Source: Camelus ferus
Taxonomy: Eukaryota
Length of the DNA stretch: 64,000 bases
Direction of reading: 5' to 3'
Assembly: GCF_009834535.1 (NCBI RefSeq)
Contig: NC_045697.1
Span: 25,422,001-25,486,000, forward strand
Below are positions 1 through 14,320 of this stretch, piece by piece. The notes under the pieces are model-generated. The model was not told the DNA's origin. It was given only the letters and a program-made list of their open reading frames with translations, and searched no databases. The translations under genes were made by a program, and so were the position numbers. Position 1 is the first letter of the stretch, and every line of letters starts with the position of its first letter.

Positions 1-187
1 GCCCTTTCTCCACCCTTATTTTTTCTATTCAGGCCCTTGACAAATTGGATGATGATCTTCTTTATTCAGTTTACTGATTCAAATTCTCTCCCAAAGACTT
101 CCTCATACACTACCCAGAAATATGTTTTACCAGCTATTTGGGAACCCTTTAGCCTAGTCAAGTTAACACATAAAATTAACCATCATA
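1..187 (-). mobile_element. ERVL-type LTR (MLT2-like), partial at window edge
   Basis: 'cccagaaatatgttttaccagctatttggg...agtcaagttaacacataaaattaaccatca' is the reverse complement of the MLT2 5' terminus; the same family occurs at 27205. Confidence 0.8.
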
Positions 188-3115
188 GGTAGGAAAAAAA
201 AAAAAAAAAAACGAAGGAAAAAGGAACTATTAGTTCGGGAGAATAACGAAGACTAAGGAACTTATGATTACACCTTTCTTTTATGTAATCGCCAACTCCT
301 CTATATTAATGAAGGAATGAAGTTTTTTTTTTTAAAGTACAGTTTGATACATAAAGTTTATTCTATTAATTTTTTTCAAAATTTTAGACTTCATGAAATT
401 TGCTATTTTAAGAATATAAAGAGAGCTCAAAAAAATCTTGTGTTTAATAAAGAATGAATAATACTTCCTTTTCATGACTAGCAAAGATAAGGGTAGTAAA
501 AGCAATTGTTAAGAGATCTCGATCATTGGGGAAAAGTGGTCTCTGTAAATGTTTTCTATTCCTGCATTTATTAAGACAGTTATATGTTTTTCCTTTTTAA
601 ATCTTAATGTGTTTGGTTATATTAATAGCTGGACTGCTAATAATTGTCTTGCATTTTTGAGATGTGTCCAATACTGACATTATACATACATGCATTATTT
701 GGATTCATTTTTTCCTAATATTTTATTTAGGTCATTACATATTTGCAAGTTAATTTGCCTAAAATTTTCAGTTCTCTTATTGTTCTTATCTAGTATTATT
801 TTTAAGGTTATAACTGCATGATGTAATGAATAATGTAGTGATCCTTCAAAATGAAAATATAAAATATATATTCAAATATAATTCAAACATATTCAAAATG
901 AAGATAAAATACCTTCTCTAGAACACCAAATATTTTGTAAATGTTTGCATTTATCTCATCCTTGATTTTTTAAGATTTACTTCAGTATGAGGTTATAGGA
1001 CTTTTTTTTTCTTTTCATACAATCAAAAGAATGCATAGCAGTTTTATTGTCATGTGTATATATGTATGTATGACATATGTATAAAGGAAACTGTCAGAAA
1101 CCATTCAAGGTGTCATGTTATTTAAAATAGACTTAAACAAATGAGAGAGTTTCAAATTGCACAGAAGAGAATAAAAATTTACCCAATCTTGATAAAATTC
1201 TCTTCCATAATAATGGATTTATATTTGAAGAAATAGAAAGTGTAGAATAAATGTGAAAAATGAATACAGAAAAAAATCTACTTTTTCTGACTTGCTTAGC
1301 AACATAAGTAATTTCCCCTTTCTTCGTGTCTGTAGCTCCAGTCTAGTCCAGCTCTAAGCCAGGAAATTTGTCTATTCCAATGAATATTTTTCTCAAGTAT
1401 GTTTTTCACAAAAGTATATGGAGTTAACTTTGTGTGAAATAAATAACAATGAAGACTAAATCTCTTTACCTGAAAAAACACCATTATATATTCCCTGCTA
1501 AGGAAACAATCTCAACTCACTTTTTAGCTTTTGTTATTCTATCTTGTCACATTTATTTTTTTTGAGGCCAATCTGTCTTGAAAAAATTCAGCGTATTCTT
1601 CATACATATACAGTTTTATTTACCAGCATAATTTGGGTTTAAGGGTGTTAATTTAAAGGACCAAAGTATATTGAAAATCTGACTCCCTTGCCATTTCTTT
1701 TCTCCAAAAACCCTGTCGAGAGGGAGAGGTATTCTATTTTCAGCACTTACTCCTGAACTAACTTTGGCAGTCTCTGTTCCCACATGCAAAACTCAATTAC
1801 AGTTCTTCAAAACTACATTAACACCGATCTTGCTAATTTCATTAGTATTATTTTTATGCTTTTGTTTAAATTGGTAATGTAGAATTCATTAAAATATCAT
1901 CTCCCTTGGGAAACAGCAGAAGCATGATTTTCTTGTGGCCGTATTTATAATCACAAGGGGTCATTTTAAGGGGAGACCCAATTAAAAAAAAATTCTAGTA
2001 GGTAAGGATAACATAGTTTTCCATGCTTAATTGGTAATCATCTGAAAATGTAATTTTCCCATAGTTCTCTGAGTCACTTTTTATTGCTATATTTCATTTG
2101 ATAGATTGTTTTGGACTGCAAATAAAATCATTTACTTTTGAGTAAAAGAAAATGGAATATGCCATTGACTTTTTTTTAATTGTATTTTAGTGTAGAGGAA
2201 ATAAACAGTCTTTCCTCATAAATAAATGTGTCCACTGCTCTTTGTTTATGATTTTGAGAGTAGGCACAAATCAAGAACACATAGAATTTAAGCTATTTTT
2301 ATTGATAGAACATCACTATTCGTTAAATAATTTTATTGGGTCACAACATGTAAGAAATAATCCATGACATACAAGAGACACTAAATTCATTTCACCTTTT
2401 ATTTCCAATTCTGAAAAGAACTGTGAGTTCAGTAAAATGTCCTTGTTGAGCCTTTCAATTTTACACTAGCTTCTTCTTTTTTTTTCCGCTTAAGTCATGA
2501 ATTTGCTGATTCTGTAAGCTTTTTAACTGCACAAAGGTATCACTTGCTAACTAGGCTTGGAGTACAATTAGCATCATATTTTATTGTCTTAAATTTAGCT
2601 TGGTCTTCTCCATAACACTTGCTGGTGATCCTGATTCAGTCAGTTTCCTCATCTGTCTTTTTGTCTCTCTAAAAAGAAAACTGTTTCCATAAAAATGCAG
2701 GAAATGTGCTGGCCATGTGTCTTTGCAAGTTTCAGAAACCTGTTTGAAAGCATGTGGCTAGGTAGTGCCTCCACTTCTTCCTTTGCCAGTCTGGGGGATG
2801 TTCATCCAGACTCCCAGCTGCTGTGGCTTCTGGTGGGCATCATCCCCTGCATCCTCACAGCCGTTGATGGGAACTCCCACTGCACACGTTCTCTGTTCTG
2901 CATATGCTTCTGCCACTTCAGTCTCCTGGAATCCAGCGTCACTCGGGTCAGGGCCACTACCTCATTTCCTCAATCTTTTAAACTTTGGAGTGTAAATCTT
3001 CCTTCTGTTCTCCACTCGGACAAATTCAACATAATGTTTTCTTTGTTTTTCAAAGTATTCAGCAGTATGTGGGGTTTGCATTTTGAATATTGCAGCTCTC
3101 CTCTTTTATTCTGAT

Positions 3116-3141
3116 TCACACACAAACACACACACACACAC
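3116..3141. repeat. (CA)n microsatellite
   Basis: Interrupted CA run seen directly. Confidence 0.9.
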
Positions 3142-4146
3142 GTAATACATAACAGAGGGAAGCAATGTGTTGTAACGTCACAGGTGAGAATTACTGATTT
3201 GAAGGTACATTTCACACTCAGATTTTCAAGGCAGGTCCTGCACAATGCAGTTCCTCTTTGCACCCTTCCCCTTATTTTTCATCATTCCTATTCTTCAGTC
3301 ATCCTTGTACGTACTCTATCCATCCAATCTGGGAAACTTTGTTTATAACATCTCCTCCCCTCTTCTCCTTTTGCTTGTCCCAGTTCTACCTGCTTTTAAT
3401 CATCCTTTATGGCATATATTTATCCTGATCTATCTCTAAAATAATCTAGTCATGCTTTTGAAATCAAGTAGGACTCACTATTCTGACAACACATTTTGTT
3501 GATTAATTTTATATGTGATCACAAATTCTAAATATACCATATACACATAAGTATGTGTTTATGTGTATTATATAGATATTATATATATAATATATAGTAT
3601 GGGTATTTTATATATATATAATAAATGCACTAAACATATACATATGGGAGCATACATACATATAGCATATGCACTTCTTCTGAACTCCATATGAAATATA
3701 TATCAACTGAGGTTATCTTGTCCTTTAAGACACATAAAATTACCTCATTCCTCATATAGAGAAATGTTCTAATATATCAGTTCACAAGAACATACGATCT
3801 TGTGATTTTTAAACCACTTCCTATTGATTCCAGTATTCACACATGCATCACCTCCTATGCCCACCACCTGCTGCTGATCTCTTCCCTCTGTGCTCTACAC
3901 ACCCAGACACACAAGCAGTTGCTGCTCTCCATTTTGGAGAGATAAAGAATTAAATAAAAGATTTTAATTGATGAGCCTGTGTGTTCTAAGCTTCAATAAA
4001 TTTGGAAGAATATGAAGGACAGTACTTAATGCAAAATAACTTAAATTTTAGTTTTCATTCAACCCTGTTCTTTGATAGTCTTCAGCCACCCTAGTATCAG
4101 GAAAATTGTATTAACCCTTTCCTTCTATAGCATCCAGCCTCCTAAC

Positions 4147-4544
4147 TGTGAACTGAATTGTGTGTCTCCTCCCAAACCCTGTCAAATTTATATATTGAAG
4201 CTGTAACCCCCCAATGCAGTTGTATTTGGAAATCAGCCTTTTAGGAAGCAATCAAGATGAAAAAAGGTCATGAGGTGGAGGTCCTAACCCAGTGGGACTG
4301 GTGGCCCTAGAGAAAGAAGAGAGTGAGCTCTCTCTCCACTTGCAGGCAGTAAGGAATGGCCATGTGAGGACACAGTGAGAAGGGGGTCATCTGCAAGCCA
4401 GGAAGAGAGCTCTCACCAGGAACTAAATTGGCCAGCACTTTGATCTTGGACTTCTCAGCCTCCAGACTGTTAGAAGTAAGTTTTGATTGTTTAAGCCATG
4501 CAGTCCGTGGCATTTGGTTATGATAGCTTGAGTACACTAAGACA
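4147..4544 (+). mobile_element. MaLR solo LTR (MLT1A-like)
   Basis: tgtg...gaca termini; 'actgaattgtgt', 'gtatttgga', 'ttggacttctcagcctccagactgt', 'gtttaagcca' are MLT1A/B hallmarks. Confidence 0.85.
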
Positions 4545-5424
4545 ACACCTATTTTGAAGGCCCTAAAATTCTATAGTCATAAAACTTTTTGTGTTATTTT
4601 TTCCTTCTCATTTATTTCAAGTTTATTGTATTTTTATAGGGGTTGAAGCATTCCAAAACCCCTTTGTCAAACTTAGGTAAACCTCAGAAAAATTCCCAAC
4701 AGTCACCATTAGCCTCATTTTAAAACAAAATACATATTATACCAATGACATTTTTAAATGTTATTTCTTAAACAAAGATTATTTTCTCCTTAATAGACCT
4801 CATAGCAGAAGGTAGAAAAAAATCTTTGCACCTTGCTTTGGTTAAATTCAATCTATTTGATGAGATCTGGCTTTTTTTTTTTTTTTATTTGTGATGTTTA
4901 TTATTAGAATAGTATGATGCCCTGAGCATCCAGAGAATGGATGAGATTGATGATAGTGGTAATAACCCCAAAACTGGCTTGTGTACAACCTGCAGCCCCA
5001 AAATTACAAATTTAAATGGACAAAACTGATTGATACATTTAGTTAATTCTCTCATTGTTTATATTAGCTACATTTATATGTAATTTTACTATATCCATGT
5101 ATTTAAATTTGCCATCAAGTAAAGGTCTTTGCTAGCAAAAACCAGTTAAAGCAGAGTATTTCCAGCCAACGTGACATTTTAAATTATTAGGAAGTCTTAA
5201 CTGGAAATTTCTTTCTCTTCTTGTTCCTCCTCTTTTTCTTCCTCTTCCTCTTCTTTTTCATATGCAGTTCTATTTGTTGGCCAAGAAGAAAACTATATTC
5301 ATTTCCCTCAAGTTACCAGTCCTGATGATTTTGGAAATATTTGGTTTTCGATTGATTGCCTGATTGAATTTTGATATATTATTTTCTTTTTTTTTTTTTT
5401 ATTATGGACTATCCCACATGAAGT

Positions 5425-5574
5425 TTTTTTTTAAACACCTTTATTGTAATATGATTCCTGTACAGTAAACTACACATATTCAAATGTGCAATTTGATGAA
5501 TTTTGATAGATGTATACACCAATGAAAACACCACCACGATCAGGATAGCTAACATTTCTATATCTCCCCTAGAG
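5425..5574 (-). mobile_element. Old L1 (L1MB-like) 3' terminal fragment
   Basis: T-run then 'tacagtaaactacacatatt...tgatgaattttgata...caccaccacgatcaggatag' resembling L1MB 3' ends. Confidence 0.65.
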
Positions 5575-6671
5575 GTGCAAATTTCAAATTCCCAATTTAT
5601 CCATTCCTATTCCCTTTACCCTCTGGTAACCATAAGTTTGTTCTCTATGTCTATGAGTCTGTTTCTGTTTTGTAGGTAAGTTCATTTGTGACTTTTTTCT
5701 TTTCCCCCTATATATAAAGAATATCATATGATATTTTTCTTTCTCTTTCTGGCTTACTTCATTTAGAATAACATTCTCCAGGTCCATCCATGTCACTACA
5801 AATGACATTATTTTATTCTTTTTTTGTAGCTGAGTTATAGGTAGATAGATAGTTAGATAGATAGATAGATAGATATCTCATCTTCTTTATTCAGTCATCT
5901 GTCAATGGACATTTGGGTTGTTTTGATGTCTTGGCTATTGTAAATAGTGCTGCTGTGAGCATTGCGGTACATGTGTCTTTTTGAATTATATTTTCCTCCA
6001 GATATATGCCCAGGAGTGGAGTTGCTGGATCATATTGTAAGTCTATGTTTAGCTTTTTGAGGAATCTCCATACTGTCCTCGATAGTGGCCGCAGCAGTTT
6101 ACATTCCCACCAACAGTGTAGGAGGGTTCCTTTTTCTCCACACCCTCTCTAACATTTATTGTTTGTGGACATTTTAATGATGGCCATTCTGACTGGTGTG
6201 AGGTGATACCTCACTGTAGTTTTGATTTGCATTTCTCTAACAATTAGTGATACTCAGCATCTTTTCATGTGCTTGTTGGCCATTTGGATCTCTTCTATAG
6301 AGAGATGTCCATTTAGGTCTTTGGCCCTTTTTTAATTGGGTTGCTTGTTTTTTGAGATTAAGCTGTATGAACTGTTTGTATACTTTGGAAATTAGTCCTT
6401 TGTAAGTCACATCCTTTGCAAGTACTTTCTCTCATTCTGTGGGTTGTCTTTTTGCATTATTGATGATATCCTTAGTTGTGCAAAAGCTTTTAAGTCTAAT
6501 TAGATACCATTTGTTGATTTTTGCTTTTATTTCCGTTACTCTAGGAGCTGGTTTGAAAAAAACATTCCTGTGTTTTATGTCAAGAGTGCACTGCCTATGT
6601 TTTCCTCTATGAGTTTTATAGTATCTGGTGTTACTTTTAGGTCTTTAATCCATCTTGAGTTTATTTTTGTA
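5575..6671 (-). mobile_element. Lineage-specific L1, ORF2 C-terminus plus part of 3'UTR, truncated at both ends
   Basis: Minus ORF 5584-5808 (TWMDLENVILNEVSQKEKEKYHM) is typical of the L1 3' region; 'ctgactggtgtgaggtgatacctca'; 3'UTR matches copies at 33239, 40077, 57128; internal (GATA)n at ~5841-5875. Confidence 0.9.
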
Positions 6672-7194
6672 ATAGACAATCTAGACTAAGACGAATTTTA
6701 TTTACAAACAAATCCCGGAATAAAGATAAGTTACACGTGTCATCCTAAATACACCTGATACTATTGTTTAGTGATACCACTGTTGCTTTGAGATACTACA
6801 TTTCTCGGTAAAACAACAATTTTTATTTCAGTATAAGCAGTTCAGCTCCATTCATTCTGATGGATTGATATTCCCTTTTTGTTTCATGATAAAATTATTA
6901 AAGATATCCTTATTACTGGTAGAAGATTATAGAATATAAAAAATTTAAGCTCTTTTCTTTTTTTAAAAAATATTAGTAGAGTAGCAGTCATTTCACTTTT
7001 TGCTTGGACTGAAAACAAACTCACATCACTAATAGCTTTTGATTTTTTTTTTTAATAGTTCTCTAAGAATCTCTGTTATTGAATCTCAGTTAACTAAAGT
7101 CAATTGTGGGTCAGAAATAACAACATATATTTCAAGTGGTAATATAATAAAGTTACCGGACAAACCTGTGTCTCAATAAACATACTAGATTTTT

Positions 7195-7721
7195 CTTGTG
7201 GCTGAGTAACATTTCATTGTGTATATATAAATATATCTTCTTTATCCATTTACTTGCTATTTGCAACAACATGGATGAACTTTGAGCATATTATGCTAAG
7301 TGAGACCAGTCAGACAGAGAAAGATAAGCCCTGTATGGTATCACTCATTTGTGGAATTAAAAAAATTCACACTTTTAAAAACAGAGACTAAAGTGGTGGC
7401 TACTGGGCAAGGGGCAGGGGAAGACGTTGGGAGATGGGACAAATGTTGTTTAAAGGTACAACTTGTCATGAGTGGTAAATAAACCCTAGAGATTTAATGC
7501 ACAGTGTAGTGAATAGAGACTACAGTATTGTACTATAATCATCAAACTTGCTGAGACTAGAATTTAATTATTTCAATCACTTAAAAAAATGATAATTTTA
7601 TAACACGATAAAAGTACTAATTATCACTACAGTGACAAACATGACAATATATAAATGTATCTAATCAATATGTTATAAACCTTGAATTTACACAGTGTTA
7701 TATGTCAAATATATTTCAATT
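7195..7721 (+). mobile_element. 5'-truncated L1 with short 5' inversion
   Basis: 7195-7253 is antisense L1, 7254-7721 is sense L1 3' end ('ttgctatttgcaacaacatggatgaac...'); TSD aaa(c/a)atactagattttt at 7178-7194 and 7722-7738. Confidence 0.85.
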
Positions 7722-9499
7722 AAAAATACTAGATTTTTACTATCTCTAATATTTGAGAGTTAAAAAAATAATGACCATAAAGGAAATGTAAAGACTTCAA
7801 ATTTAGGTGGCTATGGGTTTAACTTCTGTATAGTCTTTATAATTCTGGCAACTTGGGTAAGATGATTAACCTGTCTACATTAACCTGTCTGAATTTATAC
7901 AATGATAACTGTACCTACTTCAAAGAAGTACTCTGATAATTAAATTAAAATATCACGAATTTGGATGTTTCTTTCCATAATATTTCTTTTAGAAATTCAA
8001 GACAATACCCATTATAGTAACCATTGTTACTACCTTTAATAATCATTACTACAAATACAAATAAAAATTCTAATTAAAATACTAAATACAGGAAGTATAG
8101 TTCCCAATATTTCTTTTATGTTCAACTTCTGTTGGTTCTTGGTGAATTAAAAGATGAAGTTGACAGTCCTTTTGCCTAGAATATAAATGTTTCACTATCT
8201 GGCCATATTTCACTTTTGAGACCAGCAAGTCTTTCACAGTCTTACCCTGCTTCAAATTTATTGTTTGAGACACTTATTCTCAAACAATAAATGTCTCAAA
8301 ATTCCCTGGACTTTCTCAGGCATGCAGTTCCCTTTTGTCAGTAATTCCCTTCCCAAAACTCTATTTAATCTCTTAAGTACATTCTTGATGACCAACCTTT
8401 CCACTACTCCCAGTTTTTTTTTAATTATTTCTTTGCCAACTCACAAGTATTGTATTGATACCTCTATAACAATAATGCCATGATGAATTATGAGCTCTCT
8501 ATTTACATATCTGCATCTAGATCATGAGTTTCTTGAGTTTCTTTCTAATTTACTAATTATCTTTATCTCCAATGACTAGCAACAGGTTAAATTAATAATA
8601 TGCATTCGAATATCACTCTCTTGACTTTAATGAAATGAAAATATATAATGAAATAATAATCCTTTAGCTTATCACTGAAATTAGGAATATGCTGTTGATG
8701 AAACACCAGTGAGTACTGTAGTCAGATTAAGTAGTACATTGAGTCCTGGAGATTGTTGGTGGTGAAATAGATTATGTAATAACTTTTAAAGATACTTACA
8801 GGGACCTGCCCTGATCAACAGTTAGTCTAAGAAATATAACTAACTCTTCCTTTACCACAAAGCAGTAAAATAACTTTGAAGAGTACATTTCAGTTTTAGA
8901 GGGTTTCAAGATATTTTCATAGTAATACCATCTAGTCAATATGTATTTAAAAGGGTCCAGAACAAACTGATCTTATAAAAATAGAAAAATCTTGGCCTTC
9001 TCAAAATTTTATAGTAAAAGAGTTTTCGTATACACTATTATTTCATAAAGAGGGAGCCAGTCACTATGAACAACACCTATATTTTCTAATGTCAAGGAAA
9101 TATACATTTTATAATGAATTTTGTTTTTCTACCACTTGATTTGAAAAGAAAACTTACAACTTGTATTTCAAAAGAAAAATGTATAACTTAGGGAATAACA
9201 TTAACTAGAATTTTATAAAATTGCTATGTCCTTTAGACCAAACAGAAATGTCTAGATGATTAGAGCCTACTCTGTGGCTGCATTTCACGACACCTTCAAA
9301 AAAGCACTAATCCAACCTTGTGGAAACTATCTTGATTTTGTTTCAATTATGCTTTTATTAAAAATCGGTACAAAATGCATATCTTGATGCATCAGTTCAT
9401 AACTATTTGAGAAACAGCATGTGGCAGACATCTCTACATGTGATACAAATGATTTAAAGAAAAAGTTATAGTACCTAAGTTATGGAATACACAATGTAA

Positions 9500-9700
9500 T
9501 GCGTGCTGAATATTTTCCAGTGGCTCATCCAGATCCAGTCTCCACCCTTCTCCCATCCTGCCACGTGCCCCAAGAGGCTGACCTTGATGGGCTGTAACAC
9601 AGGCTTTCCTGGCCTTCTGACAGCTGTTGGATTTGGCCAGTGAGAAACAGCATAATGAGCTCATGATGTTTCATTCCTCAGCTCCATCACTGAAGTTTTT
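9500..9700 (+). mobile_element. ERVL LTR fragment (LTR33-like)
   Basis: 'tccagatccagtctccacccttctccc...gaggctgacct...ggccttctgacagctgttggatttggccagtg' resembles the LTR33 5' part. Confidence 0.65.
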
Positions 9701-12700
9701 TTCATAACAGATTGACTTGAATGACAATTTGCTCATGACTGTCCTGCATGCCAATTGTTCGCTTTTTTTTTTACATTTGCTAACTCAAAAGTGTCAAAAG
9801 TAATTATTTTCTTATATACATACATGATATATATGAACAAAATATATAAACTCATAAAAGCTTTCTTAACTCCTTTACTAAGATATATTTTTATAATCAA
9901 ATGTTATGTCTTCATCTCAAGGTTGGGATATACAAATGTGTATATATTAGAATATGATTTTGTATTTTTACATATTATAGCAAAGACATTTACAGTAAAT
10001 TAGCAATTAGGGTAGCATGATATATCAAGGATATAAAAAAAGTTTATTCTTTGCACATCCCACTTAACAGCTAAGCATCAGCTTATTAAAACTTTCTATA
10101 AATACATTTTAGACAAAATGAGTATAACCAAATTTTCCCTTCAAATTAATAAATTTTATATTATTGTATTATTCTTTAGAACAATGCCATTAAGCTGATC
10201 TCTCTCTGTTTTTTAACACTACATGTGTTAAAATACTGACTCAGTTTGATTAGTCCAAATGTCACTATTTATAATAAATTTTTAAAATTTTATTTACATT
10301 ATCAAATTTAGTTATTAAAAACCTTCCTACATATACATTGTTATCCCTACATACACATTCCTACATACATTGTTATTGATATTTGTGATGATCATTGCCT
10401 TTTTTTTTTTTTAAACTTTTCTCAATTTAGTTCATTTTGAACTCTCTAAAATCACATTTTTAGCATACATTTCATCATGTAATACCCATAATCATACAAC
10501 TCTAACAGCTTCCTATTTTCCATCAATTCTATGTCCCATTCATCTTTCGGATATTCACAGCCCTCAGGTATCTGGCTGGTCTCCAACTTTAGTCATCCCA
10601 TTTCCTGTCATTCTTTACCCCTTTTCTCTCTTATGAGAACAATATAGTGATCATTATCCCCATCCACATGTCTGTTTTTCCCCACTTCCAAAATTAAATC
10701 TTAATTCTCTTACAAATTTCAAGTCCCACCTCATATGCTATGAATTTCGGAGGCTGCTTCAATTTAGCAATTAAGCAGTCGATATTTCCACATATTTTCA
10801 GAGAGTTTGAAACAATTTAGGGTAATAATAATACACTTTATATTTATATAGGATAAATATAACAAAACTAAAAGAAATGTTAAAATCCCCATAAGAAAAA
10901 GGAGAAAGCATTTTGTCAGTACCTAGTGTAGAGGTTATCACAATAAGCGTCCATGTAAGTGTAATTATATAGTGATATTTAACATCTATAATATACCATG
11001 TGAGATGATTTAGATTTTCCCTGTTTTGTAAGCACACAGAGGGTGGGGAATGATAGCTCTTTCTGTATTTCTTATACTTATGCAGAACCTATAAATATAT
11101 GCTCAGTGAATGTCACTTGAGTGACTAATTGATAGGGTTCTTAAATCTATTTCACCATGTGTGGCTACAGAGTTTATTACTGCTAATTCATAGATCTGTT
11201 GATCCTTTGACCCTTAATTTTTGCCTTTCATTGCAATGTATCAGCTATGTTTTCAGCTTGCCAACTCAGGATGATCTCCCAATTGCTGGATCTGCTCTAT
11301 GTAATATTTTAAGTTGTGAATCAATAGTTTACTGCTGTACCCAAGACCAAAAGCTGTATCTCACATGATCCAAACACATATATACAAGGGCCAGGAACCA
11401 ATGGAAATTTGAAAACAGAGTAAGATAAAAGACTAAAGGAGGAAATTTCCCTTGTATTTCGTTGGGCAGGAAGCTATTTTCAACAAGTGGTTTTTATTTT
11501 ATTTCTCCTATTTCTGTAGTACCAGAATGCATTCCCCACAACAGGTACCTCTATCTTTGTCCATTTTTAGGTGAGTGAATACAGCAGAGCAATCTGTGCC
11601 AAAGTGTCATAAAATTCACATTCTGAATATTAAAATTTAGAGTTATATTGTGATTTTAATTCAACGTATGGCTCCTAAACTGTTCTTGTCTGTCACGGAA
11701 ATGGGTTCACGTCCCCAGATGATGTAAAACCCAGAAGCTTGAGCAGATTGGCAAGCCTCTTCCAGTTTTGAATCCCAAGGTTTTTATTTGTCTACTACAT
11801 AAATATTTTCTTGGTCATAACTGCAGCAAATGCTCAAGTAAAGATAGTTTGAGAATTCATAAAAAAAAGAGATCAAATCTAGTAACAGTATCTTTAAATA
11901 AAAAGTCTGGATTATCTTTCACTTAAATGAACAAAAGATAATGAAAGTAAATATTTTATATTAAAAATTACTAATAAGAAAGATGAGTTCCAGTTTCCAG
12001 GAAATTTAAATTTGAAAGATTAAAATAAAGTTTCAGAGGAAGATGTAATTATTTTTTATGTTATAAGATCTTAATAGGAATATATTTATGTTCTCAGAAA
12101 CTACTGTCATAAAAATAACACTATCATCTTTTAAGTGAGAAAAAACAACAACAAAAAAAAACTCCCAGTAAATAAAGAATATAGAAAGCATCCCAAAGAC
12201 AGTTACTAGATTTAAATACTGATCACTTAGCATAGTTTCCTACAAAAATAGCAAACCATGCTCTGTAAAAAAATACAGATGTAAAAGTGAATGCCACTGG
12301 AAATTTATGATAGCTCCTTAGCAACTACAAACCTAGGAGTATCACTCAATGATTTCAGAACACCGGTTGTTACTCTTCTCTTTCCTGAATTCCCTAGCCT
12401 ACTCTGTAGGTCTGATGTTTGTGAGTACATTTTATTTTCAAAAAGCATATTTTTTACAGTCATCATTACTGATCATCCCATCAGACTTCAATCCAGTTTA
12501 TACACCATGAGGTTATTTGTATCTGATTTTTGTGTTCTCTAGTGTCTGATGGCCTTTTTGTTTTTATTGTAAAATTTTAAGAGTCTTAGTTGTGACTTCA
12601 TGTACTCTAATTTCAAGGGGAAAAAAAAAAAATCACAGGAGCTTCTTGTTTCCAGATTCGTTTTGATCACCTGTCTGTTCAGTTCCACTTTTCTTGTTGC

Positions 12701-12789
12701 TGCCTTGTTTCTGTTGATGAAGATCAAGATACTGTTGTTGATTCCTGTGTCTTATTCCATGCCTTTGTTTTTACAATTGGCTGGAGAAG

Positions 12790-13160
12790 ATATCTGAGTA
12801 ATCGTATTCAGAAAGAGTGGTGAGTTGTAAATATTATACATGTATATGCCTATAAAATGATTCATTGCTCTCAGACCTGAGTATTAGAATGACTGGATTT
12901 AGAAATCTAGGAATAATCTAATTTTCATTCAAAACATTGCAAATAATTCTTTCTGCAGACTAGAGGTCATGTGCCTCTTGCTTTTTGGCTCCATGCTTAA
13001 TCATAATATTATTGTCTTTTTACCTTCTCTCCTCCAATTTCTATATGGAGAACCCCAGATTTAGGCTGTCTCTTAATTAACATAAATTCTTTTCGTTTCT
13101 CTCCAATGTCTTTGTTGTCTTTTTAAGAAATTCTTTAAGATAGATTATTGGATTTTCTGG
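12790..13160 (-). mobile_element. Ancient L1M/HAL1-like fragment
   Basis: 'gactggatttagaaatctagg...attttcattcaaaacattg' resembles antisense old L1 ORF1-region sequence; very diverged. Confidence 0.35.
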
Positions 13161-13279
13161 ACATTTATTATATCTTGGCTTCCACTATGAGTTCAAGTTC
13201 ATTAATCCCATTTTCACTACTTACTAGTTTGTGGGAAAACAGAAGCGATATAAATATTAAGAACCACACAAAGAAGTGA

Positions 13280-13428
13280 GACATCACTTCTGCTCGCATC
13301 CTTGGCAAACATCATAGAAAACGGGTCTCTGAATGTAGTTTTTAGTCAGCAGCCACGTACCCTGCAAAAACTCAGTTACTACAGAGAACAGTTGAACAGA
13401 TAGCTTTGACCACCAGCAATCTTTTACA
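13280..13428 (-). mobile_element. Old MaLR LTR fragment (MLT1J/K/L-like)
   Basis: 'catcacttctgctcgcatcc...aatgtagtttttagtcagcagccacgtaccc...agcaatcttttaca'. Confidence 0.45.
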
Positions 13429-13509
13429 TCTCGTAAATCTTAAAAGTTCATCCATATTTATGTATTTTAACTCAAATATCAGTTGAAACTCACCTGCCTT
13501 GGGCGACAG

Positions 13510-13730
13510 TTTAGTGCCGTGTACTTGGGATCTGGATTACCTGTGTTTGAACTAGCAAGAGCCATTAGCGGCTTGTAAAAGGGCAACTTACTTATCTTCT
13601 CACCACCCATGTTTCATCATCTGTAAAAAAGGAAATAATATCACAGATTTTATAATAGACTAACAGATTTATAAGATTTATTATGATGAATAAATGGTTA
13701 ATATACATAAAAGTCTTAAAACCTTTACCA
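13510..13730 (+). mobile_element. MIR SINE
   Basis: Core 'gggcaacttacttatcttct...gtttcatcatctgtaaaaaagg'. Confidence 0.65.
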
Positions 13731-13999
13731 AAGTATATGATTTATTTTATATATGATGTATGTTTGCCTGTGTAGTGTATGTGTGTATACCCACGTATGT
13801 AGTTGGACTGAACCTTTTTACCACCCCTAAGATGTCTGTGAGTGTTTATACATAGAAACTTAAATTTTTCCCAGTATCATTCATTTTTCACAATCTTGTA
13901 CTCTACCTAGAAATTTTAGAACAGTGCCTTTTTATCTTCATTAAAATTGACAAAAACGTGTTACTCAGAGCATTATCCTTTAAGTCCCTCATCTGTTAA

Positions 14000-14320
14000 T
14001 TTCAGAGATATTTACTGAATACTTCACGTCCACACTTGGTGATAGCTACTGTCATTACCATGAGTTAAGACAGGGAAAGTCCTTGCTTTCATGGTTTATT
14101 TATATTACAGTTGATAAGAAAATAATAGGCAAATGAACACATTAACAAATTAGTTAATTGTGGGTTGTGATAAATGTCTTAAATAAAAATAATAATGTCC
14201 TGCAATAAAGAATAATGGAAGATACTTAGTTAGGAATACTCTGAGCTGGTCAACTTAAACAGAGATTTCAGTTTCGAGGAGTCTGCCTCGGGAAAAGCCT
14301 GGAGAAGAATATACCTCATA
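14000..14320 (-). mobile_element. L2 fragment
   Basis: 'atatttactgaatact...gtccttgctttcatgg...ttgtgataaatgt' antisense L2 3' region. Confidence 0.55.

Noticed and set aside
2695..3114. 139-aa ORF as a protein-coding gene
   Set aside because: No recognisable domain or exon structure; length is compatible with chance.
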